A DNA stretch of 64,000 nucleotides from Planctomycetota bacterium (lineage in GTDB: Bacteria; Planctomycetota; UBA1135; UBA2386): the NCBI GenBank assembly GCA_965223545.1, contig OZ245006.1, positions 7,933,713-7,997,712 on the forward strand, read 5' to 3'. The position numbers were made by a program, and so were the translations under genes. A model generated the notes under the pieces. It was not told the origin of the DNA. It saw only the letters and a program-made list of their open reading frames with translations, and did no database searches. Within the stretch, counting starts at the first letter, position 1; each line of letters starts with the position of its first letter. Below, one piece after another: positions 1 to 10,281 of this stretch.

Positions 1-48
1 GCGGTCGCCGTGCGCCGGCGTTTGCCGCGGCGCCGGTGATCGGCCATC

Positions 49-1332
49 GTGGGCGCCATGAACGCCTACCGTCGCGGCGCCATCGGCTTCGCGTTGTCCG
101 TGCTCTCCTGTGGCAACGCTGCCGCGCAGGCCGGCCCGATGCTGCTCGTCGGCGCCCGCGTCCTGGCCGAGGACGCCGCCTCTTGGCGCGGGGACGTGGT
201 CGTCCGCGTCGAGGGGGGTCGCATCGCCGCGGTCGGCGACCGCGCTGCGGTGTCGGCGGAGGGCGCCGAGGTGCTCGATGTGAGCGGTCGCTATCTGATC
301 CCCGGGTTGATCGACCTGCACACCCACTTGCTGCTGCACCCGTACGACGAGACCCCGTGGACCGACCAAGTGCTGCGCGAGTCACTCGAGGCGCGCACGA
401 TCCGCGGCACCGTCGCGGCGCGGCGCACGGTCGAGGCCGGCTTCACCACCGTGCGCGACCTCGGCACCGAGGGCGCGGGCTTCGCCGACGTCGCGCTGCG
501 CGACGCGGTCGCCGCGGGCACCATCGTCGGTCCGCGGATCTTCGCCGTCACCCGCGCGCTGGTCGCCACCGGTTGCTACGGCCCGTCGGGGTTCGATCCG
601 CGCTGGGTGATGCCGGTCGGTGCCCAAGTGGCCGACGGCGCCGACGGCGTGCGGGTCGCCGTGCGCCAGCAGATCGCGGCCGGCGCGGATTGGATCAAGA
701 TCTATGCCGACTACCGCCGCCGCCCGGGGATGCCGGCGACGCCGACCTTCAGCGACGCGGAGATCGCGGCAGCGGTCGATGAGGCGCGCAGCGCCGGGTT
801 GCGCGTCGCCGCCCACGCGGTGACCAACGCCGCGATGCAGCGCTGTGTCTTGGCCGGTGTCCACACCATCGAGCACGGCTACGAGGCTTCGGCCAAGACG
901 CTGCAGCTGATGGCCGAGCGGGGCGTGGCACTGTGTCCCACGCTGACTGCTTCGGAGTCGATCGCGCGCTACTCGGGCTGGCAGGACGGTGAGCCGGAGC
1001 ACCCCCGCGTGCGCACCGCGCGCGAGATGTTCGCGCGGGCGTTGGCCGCCGGCGTCACCATCGCCAATGGCAGCGATGTCGGCGTGTTCGCGCACGGCGA
1101 CAACAGCCGCGAGCTCGAGCTCATGGTGGAGTATGGCATGCGGCCCCAGCAGGCTCTGGCGGCGGCGACGGTGGTCGCCGCCGGGGTGCTCGGTGCCGAT
1201 CATCTCGGCGTGATCCGCGCCGGCGCGGCGGCCGACCTCGTGGTCTTGGCCGGTGACCCGCTCAGCGACGTCGACGCGTCGCGCGCGCCTGACCTGGTGA
1301 TCGCGCGCGGCGCAGCGGTCTACGTCAAGTAG
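49..1332 (+). CDS. Secreted amidohydrolase-family metallohydrolase
   Basis: 427-aa ORF with a signal-like N-terminus ([17 protein letters not shown]). Amidohydrolase ligand motifs are present: LIDLHTHLL (HxH), WIKIYAD, VAAHAV, TIEHG, ANGSDV. GTG at 49; ATG at 58 is an alternative start. Confidence 0.8.
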   Translation: MGAMNAYRRGAIGFALSVLSCGNAAAQAGPMLLVGARVLAEDAASWRGDVVVRVEGGRIAAVGDRAAVSAEGAEVLDVSGRYLIPGLIDLHTHLLLHPYDETPWTDQVLRESLEARTIRGTVAARRTVEAGFTTVRDLGTEGAGFADVALRDAVAAGTIVGPRIFAVTRALVATGCYGPSGFDPRWVMPVGAQVADGADGVRVAVRQQIAAGADWIKIYADYRRRPGMPATPTFSDAEIAAAVDEARSAGLRVAAHAVTNAAMQRCVLAGVHTIEHGYEASAKTLQLMAERGVALCPTLTASESIARYSGWQDGEPEHPRVRTAREMFARALAAGVTIANGSDVGVFAHGDNSRELELMVEYGMRPQQALAAATVVAAGVLGADHLGVIRAGAAADLVVLAGDPLSDVDASRAPDLVIARGAAVYVK

Positions 1333-1380
1333 GCAGAAAAGCGGGGTTTCCGCGACGCGGCGGCCCACACGGGGACCGCC

Positions 1381-3036
1381 ATGGCGGCGGACACGCGGCG
1401 CGGGGTGGTCGTGCTGTTCGGCGGCGCCCGCGCGTTGACCGGGGCCATGCTCGACGAGACCTGGGAGTGGGATGGCGCCACGTGGCGCTTGATTCCGACC
1501 GCCCCCGGGCCCGGACCGGTGGCGCGGAGCGGCCACGCCATGGCGTACGACGCGCGCCGGGGGCGAGTCGTGCTGTTCGGCGGGGTCGACCGCGGCGGTC
1601 GCTTGCTGGGGGATACCTGGGAGTGGGATGGCGCGCGCTGGATCGCGATGGCCCCGGCCGCGAGTCTGTCGGCGCGCAATGGGGCAGTGATGACGTTCGA
1701 CCGCGCGCGCAACCGGGTTCTGCTGTTCGGTGGCCGCGGTGGACCGCTCGCGCTCGGCGATTTCTGGGCGTGGGACGGCGCCCAGTGGCTCCCGCTGGCA
1801 TCGGGGCCGCCGGGGCGCCGGTTGGCCGCGTTCGCTTACGACGGTGTCCGCGGTCGAGCGGTGTTGTTCGGCGGTTTCGATGGTTTCCGGCAGCTCGATG
1901 ATCTGTGGGAGTGGGACGGAGTGCAATGGAGCAACCCGCGCCCTGCGTTCGCGCCTCCGGCGGTCGGGGGCGCGGGCATGTGCGAGTATCCGGCGCGCGG
2001 CAGCGTGGTGTTGCCACAGGTCGCCGATCGCATCTGGGAATGGGATGGCACCGGCTGGCGCGCCCATGCGAACTACCGCTCGCAGGTGCCGCCGGGGCCG
2101 ACGGTCTTCGACCCCGCGCGCGCGGCGACGTTGACGTTTTCGACGCGGCAGATCTGGGCTTGGGACGGAACCGTGTTCGGCGAACTGCAACCCACAGGTC
2201 CGGCGCCGGAGGGCGATCTCCGGCTGGTCGATGACGATCGGCGCGGCGTCGTGGTGGCGGTGACCAATGACGATCCGTATCTCGGGACCCGCGTGAGGAC
2301 CGAGACCTGGGAGTGGAACGGTGTGGTGTGGAATCGCCGCAGCCCCGCAGTCTCCCCGCCGCTGCGGTCGGGTGCCTGCATTGCCTACGATAGGAGTCGC
2401 GGCCGGGTGGTGCTGTTCGGTGGCCGCTCCGGGGCGACGCTGTCGGCCGACGTTTGGGAGTGGGATGGCCAGCAGTGGCGCAAGCCGGTCACGACGGGCG
2501 GGCCGACCGCGCGGGCTTGGGCCAGTGCGGCCTACGACACGGTGCGCCAGCGCGTGGTCGTGCACGGCGGTGGGGACGGCGTGCGCTGGCTGGTCGACAC
2601 GTGGGAATGGGACGGAATCGGTTGGCGGCAAGTGTCGGCGGCGGGGCCGGCCAGTGAGAACACCGCGATGGTGTGCCACGAGGCCCTCGGCGTGCTGGTG
2701 CTGCACGGTGGGCGGCCCAACGAGACCTGGACCTGGGACGGGCGCGCCTGGCGCCGCCGGTCGGTCGGCAGCACGGCCCAGAACCTGTGGCAGCCGCAGC
2801 TCGCCTACGACGCCCACCGCGAGCGGGTGGTGTTGTTCGGTGGCTACGACGGGGGCTACCCGGTGGCGACCTGGGAATGGAACGGGGCGTGGGTGCGGCG
2901 CGGTGATGCGCCGGCGCTGGGGCGTCAAGCGCACGGCATGGCCTACGATCGCGCCCGTCGCCGCGTGATCGTCGCCGGTGGCCAATGGCAGGACTACTCG
3001 CAGTTCAGCCAGGCCTTGAGCGACACCTGGGACTAC
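1381..3036 (+). repeat. Tandem coding repeats (~150 nt period) of the Kelch-like gene
   Basis: Variants of ACCTGGGAGTGGGATGG recur near 1458, 1614, 1900, 2030, 2300, 2452, 2598, 2722 and 2868. They correspond to the WEWDG motif of each protein repeat. Confidence 0.8.
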
Positions 3037-3468
3037 GCGCCGGTGCAGCCGGCGGCGGCCGCCCCCTACGGAGTCGGCTGTGCGGGCGCAGCCGGAGTGC
3101 CGTCGCTGGTGGCCAACAGCGGGCCTTGGTCCGGTGGGCACCTCGATCTGGCCGTGACCAGGCTGGCGCCCGGCGCCCCGGTCCTGTTCGTCGTCGGTGT
3201 GTCCGACCAGAGCCTCGGACCGTGGCCATTGCCGCTGCAGCTGTCGTCGACGCCTGCACCGGGATGCTGGCTGTGGAGCAGCGCGGAGGCGGTGGTGCCG
3301 CTGGTCAACGTCGCGGGCAGCGCCACGCCCCGGTTCTCGGTGCCGCCGTCGCCACCGGGCATGCTCGGCGCCGCCTTCTTCGGCCAAGCGTTGGTCGGCG
3401 ACCCGGCGGCCAACCCCCTCGGCCTGGTCGTCTCCAACGCGCTGCGCTTCGTGGTCGGCGGGCTCTGA
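1381..3468 (+). CDS. Kelch-like beta-propeller repeat protein (12 repeats) with a C-terminal domain of unknown function
   Basis: 695-aa ORF with twelve ~45-50-aa units containing VLFGG and W-E-W-D/N-G. No signal peptide. The last ~145 aa are non-repetitive (YGVGCAGAAGVPSL...SNALRFVVGGL). Confidence 0.8.
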   Translation: MAADTRRGVVVLFGGARALTGAMLDETWEWDGATWRLIPTAPGPGPVARSGHAMAYDARRGRVVLFGGVDRGGRLLGDTWEWDGARWIAMAPAASLSARNGAVMTFDRARNRVLLFGGRGGPLALGDFWAWDGAQWLPLASGPPGRRLAAFAYDGVRGRAVLFGGFDGFRQLDDLWEWDGVQWSNPRPAFAPPAVGGAGMCEYPARGSVVLPQVADRIWEWDGTGWRAHANYRSQVPPGPTVFDPARAATLTFSTRQIWAWDGTVFGELQPTGPAPEGDLRLVDDDRRGVVVAVTNDDPYLGTRVRTETWEWNGVVWNRRSPAVSPPLRSGACIAYDRSRGRVVLFGGRSGATLSADVWEWDGQQWRKPVTTGGPTARAWASAAYDTVRQRVVVHGGGDGVRWLVDTWEWDGIGWRQVSAAGPASENTAMVCHEALGVLVLHGGRPNETWTWDGRAWRRRSVGSTAQNLWQPQLAYDAHRERVVLFGGYDGGYPVATWEWNGAWVRRGDAPALGRQAHGMAYDRARRRVIVAGGQWQDYSQFSQALSDTWDYAPVQPAAAAPYGVGCAGAAGVPSLVANSGPWSGGHLDLAVTRLAPGAPVLFVVGVSDQSLGPWPLPLQLSSTPAPGCWLWSSAEAVVPLVNVAGSATPRFSVPPSPPGMLGAAFFGQALVGDPAANPLGLVVSNALRFVVGGL

Positions 3469-3499
3469 TCCGCGCCCGCTTCGGTTTAGCGTGGCGCGC

Positions 3500-4975
3500 A
3501 TGTGCGCAGCGTTTCTCGCCCTCGACCAGGGCACAACGTCGAGTCGAGCACTCGTGTTCGACGCCCACGGCCGGGTGTTGGGCGCGGGCCAGCTCGACTT
3601 CGAGCAACACTTTCCGCAGCCGGGGTGGGTCGAGCACGACGCGAACGAGATCTTCGCGACGCAGTGGCAGGCGGCACAGCAGGCGCACGCGGCCGCGGGC
3701 GCACCGCAGATCGATGGCGTCGGCATCACCAACCAGCGCGAGACCGTCGTCGTCTTCGACCGCCGCACCGGGGTGCCGGTCCACCGCGCGATCGTCTGGC
3801 AGGACCGCCGCACCGCGGAGCAGCTGCGCGCCCTGTCCGAGGCCGGGCACGCCGAGCGGGTGCGGGCGAAGACAGGGCTGCCCCTCGATCCGTATTTCTC
3901 CGCCGCCAAGATCGCGTGGATCCTGGACCACGTGCCCGGCGCGCGCGCCGCCGCCGCGCGCGGCGAGCTGGTGGCGGGCACGATCGACACCTGGTTGCTG
4001 CACCGGCTGACCGACGGAGAAGTGGTGGCCACCGAGGCGAGCAACGCCGCGCGGACGTCGCTGTTCGATCTGGCGCGCGGCGACTACGACGACGAGCTGC
4101 TCGAGCTGTTCGGTGTGCCACGCGCGTGCTTGCCCGAGGTGCGGGACAGCGCCGGCGCGTTCGGCCGCGTGGCGGCGACCGGTTGGCCGATCACCGGGGT
4201 CCTGGGCGACCAGCAGGCCGCGCTGTTCGGGCAGGGCTGCGTCGGTTTGGGCGGTGCCAAGTGCACGTATGGAACCGGCGCGTTCATGCTGCGCACTTGC
4301 GGTGAGCAGCCGCCGGCGGCAGCGCACGGCTTGCTGTCGACCGTCGCGTGGCGGCTGGACGGCACCGACACGTTCGCGCTCGAGGGCAGCGTGATGGTGT
4401 GCGGCGCGCTGATCCAGTGGCTGCGCGATGGGTTGGGGATGATCGCCGAATCGAGCGAGGTGGAGGCGTTGGCGCGCTCGGTCGACGACAGCGGCGGCGT
4501 GGTGATGGTGCCGGCGTTCGCGGGCTTGGGCACGCCGCACTGGGATGCGGACGCGCGCGCGCTGCTGATCGGCATGACGCGGGGCACCGGGCGCGGGCAC
4601 GTCGCGCGTGCCGCGCTCGAAGCGATGGCGCTGCAGGTGCGCGAGCTGCAGCTGGCGATGGAGGCGACCACCGGCACGCCGCTCGCCGAGCTGCGCGTCG
4701 ATGGCGGCGCTGCGGCCAACGACTTGCTGCTCGAGATGCAAGCGACCCTGTCGGGAGTGGGTGTGCGGCGCGCGGCACAGCTCGAGACCACCGCGCTCGG
4801 CGCCGCTCGCATCGCCATGCTTGGAGCCAGGCTCGCGGCGAGCGCCGATGCCCTGCCGCCGGTGGCCGGCGAGGCGACGGTGATCGCACCGGGCGGTGGC
4901 TTGCGCGATCCGGCTGGCACCTGGCGGCGCTGGGGCGCCGCGGTCGAGCGGGCCAAGGGCTGGGCGCGCGTTTGA
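3500..4975 (+). CDS. glpK: Glycerol kinase
   Basis: Motifs ALDQGTTSSRALVFD, GITNQRETVVVFD, GDQQAALFGQ, CTYGTGAF and VDGGAAAN. The ATG at 3500 is in frame with the longer track ORF; upstream residues are Arg-rich junk. 491 aa. Confidence 0.95.
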   Translation: MCAAFLALDQGTTSSRALVFDAHGRVLGAGQLDFEQHFPQPGWVEHDANEIFATQWQAAQQAHAAAGAPQIDGVGITNQRETVVVFDRRTGVPVHRAIVWQDRRTAEQLRALSEAGHAERVRAKTGLPLDPYFSAAKIAWILDHVPGARAAAARGELVAGTIDTWLLHRLTDGEVVATEASNAARTSLFDLARGDYDDELLELFGVPRACLPEVRDSAGAFGRVAATGWPITGVLGDQQAALFGQGCVGLGGAKCTYGTGAFMLRTCGEQPPAAAHGLLSTVAWRLDGTDTFALEGSVMVCGALIQWLRDGLGMIAESSEVEALARSVDDSGGVVMVPAFAGLGTPHWDADARALLIGMTRGTGRGHVARAALEAMALQVRELQLAMEATTGTPLAELRVDGGAAANDLLLEMQATLSGVGVRRAAQLETTALGAARIAMLGARLAASADALPPVAGEATVIAPGGGLRDPAGTWRRWGAAVERAKGWARV

Positions 4976-5011
4976 TCGAGGCGCGCCGCCGGCTTACAAC
5001 CGCGCCGGCGC

Positions 5012-7435
5012 ATGAGCGAATCCAACGGCCAACAACCCGACGCCGCGCCGCCGCCGACGATCACGGTCGGCGGGGGTGGGGGTGGAGGGGCGATCGTCGT
5101 CCACGACGACATCCCCGAGACGCTGCTGGTGTTTCCGCTCCGGCAGGCGGTGCCGTTCCCCAATCTGATGCTGCCGGTGTTGCTCGATACGCCGCGCGCG
5201 CGGGACATCGTCGCCAAGGCCGAGGCCGGCAACGGTTTCTTGCTCTTGCTGACGCAGCGGGAGCCCGATCTCGAGGAGCCGGGTCCCGCCGACTTCTACG
5301 AGGTCGGCGTCGCCGCGCGCGTGCTCAAGACCCTCAAGCTGCCCGACGGAAACTCCTCGGCGATGTGCCAAGGGCTGCGCCGCACCAAGGTGACCCGCTT
5401 CGTGCGCAAGAAGCCGTTCTTGGTGGTCAAGGCCAAGACCATGGTCGACCTGCCGGCGTCCGGCAAGCGCACCGAGGCGGCGTTCCGCAAGCTGCGCGAG
5501 AACCTGAGCAAGGTGGTCGCGGTGTCGGATGCCTACGGCGAGGACTTCGGCACCGCGGTGCTCAACATCGAGCGCGCCGACCAGCTGGCGGACTTCACCG
5601 GCAGCTACTTCTTGAAGAAGCAAGAGGAGCGGCAGGCGCTGCTGGAGGCGATCGACGTCAACCAGAGGGTCGAGCTGGCACTCGAGTACGTGCTCGCCGA
5701 GCTCGAGCTGGCCGAGCTCGGCAATCGCATCCAGGCCGAGATCCGCGCCAAGGCGGAGCGCGCGCAGAAGGAGTACTTCCTGCGCGAGCAGCTGAAGATC
5801 ATCCGCCGCGAGCTCGGCGAGGAGACCGACGCCCGCGAGGCCGAGATGCAGCGCCTCGAGCAAGCCGTGCGCGACGCCGGCTTGCCCGACGCCGCGCGCG
5901 CCCGCGCCGAGGACGAGCTCGGCAAGCTGCGCACCACGCCGGTGGAGTCGGCGGAGTACAGCGTGGTGCGCAACTACCTCGATTGGTTGGTGGCGCTGCC
6001 GTGGTCGAAGGCGTCCAAGGATCGCCAGGACCTCAAGGCGGCGGCCGAGGTGCTCGACGCCGACCACTACGGCCTCGAGGACATCAAGGACCGGATCCTC
6101 GAGTTCCTGGCGGTGCGCAAGCTCAAGCCCGCGCACGGCGGCTCGATCCTGTGCTTGTCGGGACCGCCCGGCGTCGGCAAGACCAGCCTGGGCCGCAGCA
6201 TCGCGCGGGCCATGGGGCGCGAGTTCTGGCGATTCTCGCTCGGTGGAATGCGGGACGAGGCCGAGATCAAGGGCCACCGGCGCACCTACATCGGCGCCAT
6301 GCCGGGGCGGATCCTGCAGGGGCTCAAGGCGTGCGGCACCAACAACCCGGTGCTCATGCTGGACGAGATCGACAAGCTCGGCGCCGACTTCCGCGGCGAC
6401 CCCGCGTCGGCGCTGCTCGAGGTGCTGGATCCGGAGCAGAACTCGGCCTTCCTCGATCACTACGTCGACGTGCCGTTCGACCTCTCGAGGGTGATGTTCA
6501 TCGCCACGGCCAATGCGCTGCCGCAGATCCCCGAGCCGCTGCGCGACCGCATGGAGGTGGTCGAGATCCCGGGCTACCTCGAGGCCGAGAAGGTGGAGAT
6601 CGCCCGGCGCCACCTGGTGCCCAAGCAGATCGAGCGACACGGCCTCGGCAAGGCGCAGCTGTCGCTCGGTGCGCCGGTCTTACGCCAGATCATCCGGCGC
6701 TACACGCGCGAGGCCGGCGTGCGGGGTCTGGAGAAGTGCGTGGTGCGGCTGTGCCGCAAAGCCGCCAGCGCCGTGGCCGGCCGGCGCAAGCCGCCCGCCC
6801 GCGTGGCGATCGGCGATCTGGACAAGCTGCTCGGACCGCTGCGCTTCGGCGAAGAGGGCGAGCGCAAGGTGCGCGTGCCCGGCGTGGTGCAGGGCTTGTC
6901 GTGGACGCCGCACGGCGGTGACGTGCTGTTCATCGAGGCCGCGGCGATGCCCGGCCGCGGCCAGCTGCAGACGACGGGCAGCTTGGGCGACGTCATGGCC
7001 GAGTCGTGCCGCATCGCGCTCGGCTATCTGCGCAGCCACGCGACTGCCCTCGAGCTGGACCCGGCCTTCTTCGACCGGCACGACGTGCACGTGCACTTCC
7101 CCGCCGGCGCCATCCGCAAGGATGGTCCGTCCGCCGGCATCGCGATCGCCTGCGCGCTGATGTCGGTCGCCCGCGGCGTGCTGTGCCCGCGCGACTTGGC
7201 GATGACCGGCGAGCTGACGCTGGTCGGCGAGGTGCTGCCGGTCGGCGGCGTACGCGAGAAGGTGCTGGCCGCCCGGCGCGAGCGGCTCAAACGCGTCGTG
7301 CTGCCCGCCGAGAACCGGGTCGACGTCGACGAGCTCAAACCCGACCTGGTGAAGGGCCTCACCTTCGTCTACGTCGACCGCTTCACCGACGTGGTCGAGG
7401 CGGTCTTCGCCAGCGGCCGGCGCCGGCGGCGCTGA
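5012..7435 (+). CDS. lon: ATP-dependent Lon protease (endopeptidase La)
   Basis: 807 aa. Lon N-domain, Walker [10 protein letters not shown], Walker B MLDEIDK, protease Ser motif KDGPSAGIA and the downstream catalytic Lys region ([10 protein letters not shown]). Confidence 0.95.
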   Translation: MSESNGQQPDAAPPPTITVGGGGGGGAIVVHDDIPETLLVFPLRQAVPFPNLMLPVLLDTPRARDIVAKAEAGNGFLLLLTQREPDLEEPGPADFYEVGVAARVLKTLKLPDGNSSAMCQGLRRTKVTRFVRKKPFLVVKAKTMVDLPASGKRTEAAFRKLRENLSKVVAVSDAYGEDFGTAVLNIERADQLADFTGSYFLKKQEERQALLEAIDVNQRVELALEYVLAELELAELGNRIQAEIRAKAERAQKEYFLREQLKIIRRELGEETDAREAEMQRLEQAVRDAGLPDAARARAEDELGKLRTTPVESAEYSVVRNYLDWLVALPWSKASKDRQDLKAAAEVLDADHYGLEDIKDRILEFLAVRKLKPAHGGSILCLSGPPGVGKTSLGRSIARAMGREFWRFSLGGMRDEAEIKGHRRTYIGAMPGRILQGLKACGTNNPVLMLDEIDKLGADFRGDPASALLEVLDPEQNSAFLDHYVDVPFDLSRVMFIATANALPQIPEPLRDRMEVVEIPGYLEAEKVEIARRHLVPKQIERHGLGKAQLSLGAPVLRQIIRRYTREAGVRGLEKCVVRLCRKAASAVAGRRKPPARVAIGDLDKLLGPLRFGEEGERKVRVPGVVQGLSWTPHGGDVLFIEAAAMPGRGQLQTTGSLGDVMAESCRIALGYLRSHATALELDPAFFDRHDVHVHFPAGAIRKDGPSAGIAIACALMSVARGVLCPRDLAMTGELTLVGEVLPVGGVREKVLAARRERLKRVVLPAENRVDVDELKPDLVKGLTFVYVDRFTDVVEAVFASGRRRRR

Positions 7436-7445
7436 GTCGGGCTTT

Positions 7446-7474
7446 GCCGTCGTCGCCTTGCGACGGCGCGTTTG
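7446..7474 (+). terminator. Possible intrinsic terminator after lon
   Basis: Perfect 7-bp inverted repeat GCCGTCG (7446-7452) / CGACGGC (7461-7467) with an 8-nt loop, followed by GCGTTTGC. It begins 11 nt after the lon stop. The T-tract is weak. Confidence 0.35.
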
Positions 7475-7548
7475 CAGAACGCCTCAATTTTCGCTTCCCC
7501 GTACCACGATGAAGCCGGCACCGGCGGAACTCCGCCAGGGGGACATCA

Positions 7549-9291
7549 ATGGGGAAGCATCAGGGTCTTGGTTTCGTGGCGCTCGCCGGTGCGGTGGCGC
7601 TCATGTGCACGAGTTGCGGCAGCGGCGTCGGCAATGCCGGTCCACGGGTTGGCGCGATCCCGAGCCAGCAGGTCAACGGCGGTGAGACCTTGTCGCTGGA
7701 CCTGGCCGACTACGTGAGCGATCGCGAGAACGATCCTCTGACCTACGCGGTGGTCTCGGGTGGCGGCAGCATCGCCGGCAGCGTCTATACCCACATGTTC
7801 GACACCGTCGGCGGCTACACGGTCGAGTTCGACGTCTCGGACGGCGACAAGGTCACCCGCGGCACGATCGACGTCGTCGTGCTTTCTGCCAACCTGGCGG
7901 TGGTCACCAGCGGCGACGACCTGCTGTTGGTCGACACCGACACGCAGGCGCAGGTGTCGGTGAGCTCGACGCTGGGTGTGCCGGATCGGTTGGTGGCGAC
8001 GACGGACGCGGGCCTCGTGGTCTACGAGCGCGACGCGGGCACGACGCGGCTCGTGGCGTTCGACCTGCAGACGCGCGCAACGCACGTGATCAGCGACTCC
8101 GCCACCCACGATGCCACCTACGTGGGGCACAGCGACGACGTGGTGCTGTTCGAGCGCTCGCCTGCCAGCGATCCGAGCGACACCGATCTGCTGTTGTGGC
8201 GGATCGACACCGCGCAGGTGACGGAGATCGCGGCCGCGGTTGGCTCGCCCGAGGGCAACCCGATGTTCGCCAGCGACGGTCGCATCTTCTACGAAGCCGG
8301 CGCGCCCAGCGACATCCTGATCTACGACCCCGACACGCGGACCTCGTCCGGTCTGGCGACGGCGGCGACGGCCGAGGCGCTCAGCGGCGTGCTGGCTGGC
8401 GACGTGGTGGTCTTCAGCCGCGTCGGCGGTGGTGGCGAGCGTGACCTGTACCACTACAGCACCGCAGCCGGCATCGTCGAGATCGGTGCCGACCTCGGCG
8501 CGACGGTGCAGGCCCAGAGCAAGGCCCTGGCGGGGGCGCTGTCGACCGGCGAGATCGTGTTCCAGGTCACCGCAGCGACGCAGGACCTCTACGTCTGGGA
8601 TCCCGCCTTGGGCCAGTCGACCGCGGTCGGCGTGAGCACGACCGCGGACGAGGTCGCGCTCCAGGTCACCGTCACCGACGAGCTGGTGTTCTCGCTGGTC
8701 GAGAACGCGTCGCCGGCCAACACCGACCTCTACGCCTACCGCCACGGCCAGTCGCCGGCGGTGCGCACCGTGTCCAGCGACGCCGCGGACGACGCCTACC
8801 AAGCGCAGCTGAGCACCGGCGACGTGGTGTTCCTGCGCGGCAGCGACGTGCTGTTGTTCGACACCTCCGCCGGCGGCGTCGCGACGCTGTCCTCGGCCGG
8901 TCCGTTCACCTTCCACCAGGTGTTGAGCGACGACAACCTGCTGCTGCAGGCCGGCGCCGACCTGCACTTGGTGACGCCGGCGGGCGCGTCGACCGTGTTC
9001 GCCAACAGCCAGCTCGGCGGCGCGACCTCCGGCGGCAGCTTCGTGTTCTCGGCGCCGACCGGCCTCGAGCTCTGGGATGCGACCGGACCGAGTCAGGTCA
9101 CCGTGACCACCGATCCCGCCGACACCTTCGGCGCGGGCACGGCGGCCGGCGACGTCTTGTTCGAGCGCACGGCGACCGGCAAGACGACCACGGACCTGTT
9201 CCTCTGGGTCCGCTCGAGCGGCAGCATCGTGCAGCTCACCGACGGCACCGCCGACCACGACGTGATCGGCGAGTTCAGCGCCGGCATGTAG
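7549..9291 (+). CDS. Secreted (possibly lipo-)protein: cadherin/Ig-like domain plus beta-propeller-like repeats
   Basis: 580 aa. Signal peptide ends ALMCTSCGSG. N-terminal segment LSLDLADYVSDRENDPLTYAVVSG resembles cadherin-like/He_PIG domains. The remainder is Asp/Thr/Val-rich with recurring DLYxW/DLLLW motifs. GC3-rich frame. The antisense 645-aa ORF is Arg-rich junk. Confidence 0.7.
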   Translation: MGKHQGLGFVALAGAVALMCTSCGSGVGNAGPRVGAIPSQQVNGGETLSLDLADYVSDRENDPLTYAVVSGGGSIAGSVYTHMFDTVGGYTVEFDVSDGDKVTRGTIDVVVLSANLAVVTSGDDLLLVDTDTQAQVSVSSTLGVPDRLVATTDAGLVVYERDAGTTRLVAFDLQTRATHVISDSATHDATYVGHSDDVVLFERSPASDPSDTDLLLWRIDTAQVTEIAAAVGSPEGNPMFASDGRIFYEAGAPSDILIYDPDTRTSSGLATAATAEALSGVLAGDVVVFSRVGGGGERDLYHYSTAAGIVEIGADLGATVQAQSKALAGALSTGEIVFQVTAATQDLYVWDPALGQSTAVGVSTTADEVALQVTVTDELVFSLVENASPANTDLYAYRHGQSPAVRTVSSDAADDAYQAQLSTGDVVFLRGSDVLLFDTSAGGVATLSSAGPFTFHQVLSDDNLLLQAGADLHLVTPAGASTVFANSQLGGATSGGSFVFSAPTGLELWDATGPSQVTVTTDPADTFGAGTAAGDVLFERTATGKTTTDLFLWVRSSGSIVQLTDGTADHDVIGEFSAGM

Positions 9292-9348
9292 CGGCGCGCG
9301 CGCGGCGTCTATGGTGTTGTCGGGGCGCACGGCGCCCCGACTCGACCG

Positions 9349-10281
9349 ATGCTCTGCGCGCTCGACAGCTGGACCGCCTCCGCCGTCACGGGGGCGGCCG
9401 ATGGCACCGACTACGGCGCCGTCTTCCTCGGTGGTCTGGCGGACTACGCGCGCTACCTGGCGCGCGAGGTCACGACTCCGCACTGGGGCAACTACTTCTA
9501 CTGGCTGCTGGGCCTCTCCCTGCTGGCCTACGCGCTAGAGCTGTTGTGGCCGTGGCGGCGCCACCAGCCGCGGCTGCGGCGCGACTTCTGGTTGGACGCG
9601 TTCTACATGCTGTTCAACTACTTCCTGTTCTCGCTGGTGGGCTTCCACGCCGCGAGCCAGGTCGTCGTCCACGCCTGGCACGATGCGCTCGCGGCGATCG
9701 GCATCGACAACCCGGTGGCGGTCTCGGTGGCGGCGTGGCCGGTAGCGGCGCAGGTCGCCGTGCTGTTCGTCGCCCGCGACTTCGTGCAGTGGTGGATCCA
9801 CCGCCTGCTGCACTGCGTCCCCTGGCTTTGGCAGTTCCACAAGGTGCACCACTCGGTGGAGCAGATGGGGTTCGCCGCCCACCTGCGCTACCACTGGATG
9901 GAGAACGTCGTCTACAAGAGCTTGCAGTACGTGCCGCTGGCGCTGATCGGCTTCGGCATCCAGGAATTCTTCTGGGCTCACATGATCGCCACCGCGATCG
10001 GCCACCTGAACCACGCCAACTTCGCCCCGCGGCTGGGACCGCTGCGCTACGTGCTCAACAGTGCGCGGATGCACATCTGGCACCACGCCTACGCGCTGCC
10101 AGAGGACCGCGCCCACGGCGTCAACTTCGGCCTCAGCCTGAGCGTCTGGGACTATTTGTTCGGCACCGCCTGGGTGCCGTCGGACGGCCGCGATGTGCGG
10201 CTGGGCTTTCCCGGCATCGAGCGCTTTCCCAAGGGACTGCTGGGCCAGCTGGTCTACGGCTTCGGCCGGCGGTCCAGCTGA
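9349..10281 (+). CDS. Fatty acid hydroxylase / sterol desaturase family membrane enzyme
   Basis: 310 aa, hydrophobic. Histidine boxes HRLLH, HKVHH and HIWHH are typical of the di-iron FA_hydroxylase superfamily. Confidence 0.75.
   Translation: MLCALDSWTASAVTGAADGTDYGAVFLGGLADYARYLAREVTTPHWGNYFYWLLGLSLLAYALELLWPWRRHQPRLRRDFWLDAFYMLFNYFLFSLVGFHAASQVVVHAWHDALAAIGIDNPVAVSVAAWPVAAQVAVLFVARDFVQWWIHRLLHCVPWLWQFHKVHHSVEQMGFAAHLRYHWMENVVYKSLQYVPLALIGFGIQEFFWAHMIATAIGHLNHANFAPRLGPLRYVLNSARMHIWHHAYALPEDRAHGVNFGLSLSVWDYLFGTAWVPSDGRDVRLGFPGIERFPKGLLGQLVYGFGRRSS

Noticed and set aside
382-4044. 1220-aa minus-strand ORF spanning the amidohydrolase, Kelch and glpK loci
   Set aside because: The translation is Arg/Ala/Gly/Pro-rich with no motifs, and it is antisense to three genes that carry strong family signatures. 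Long open antisense frames are expected in GC-rich DNA because stop codons are AT-rich.
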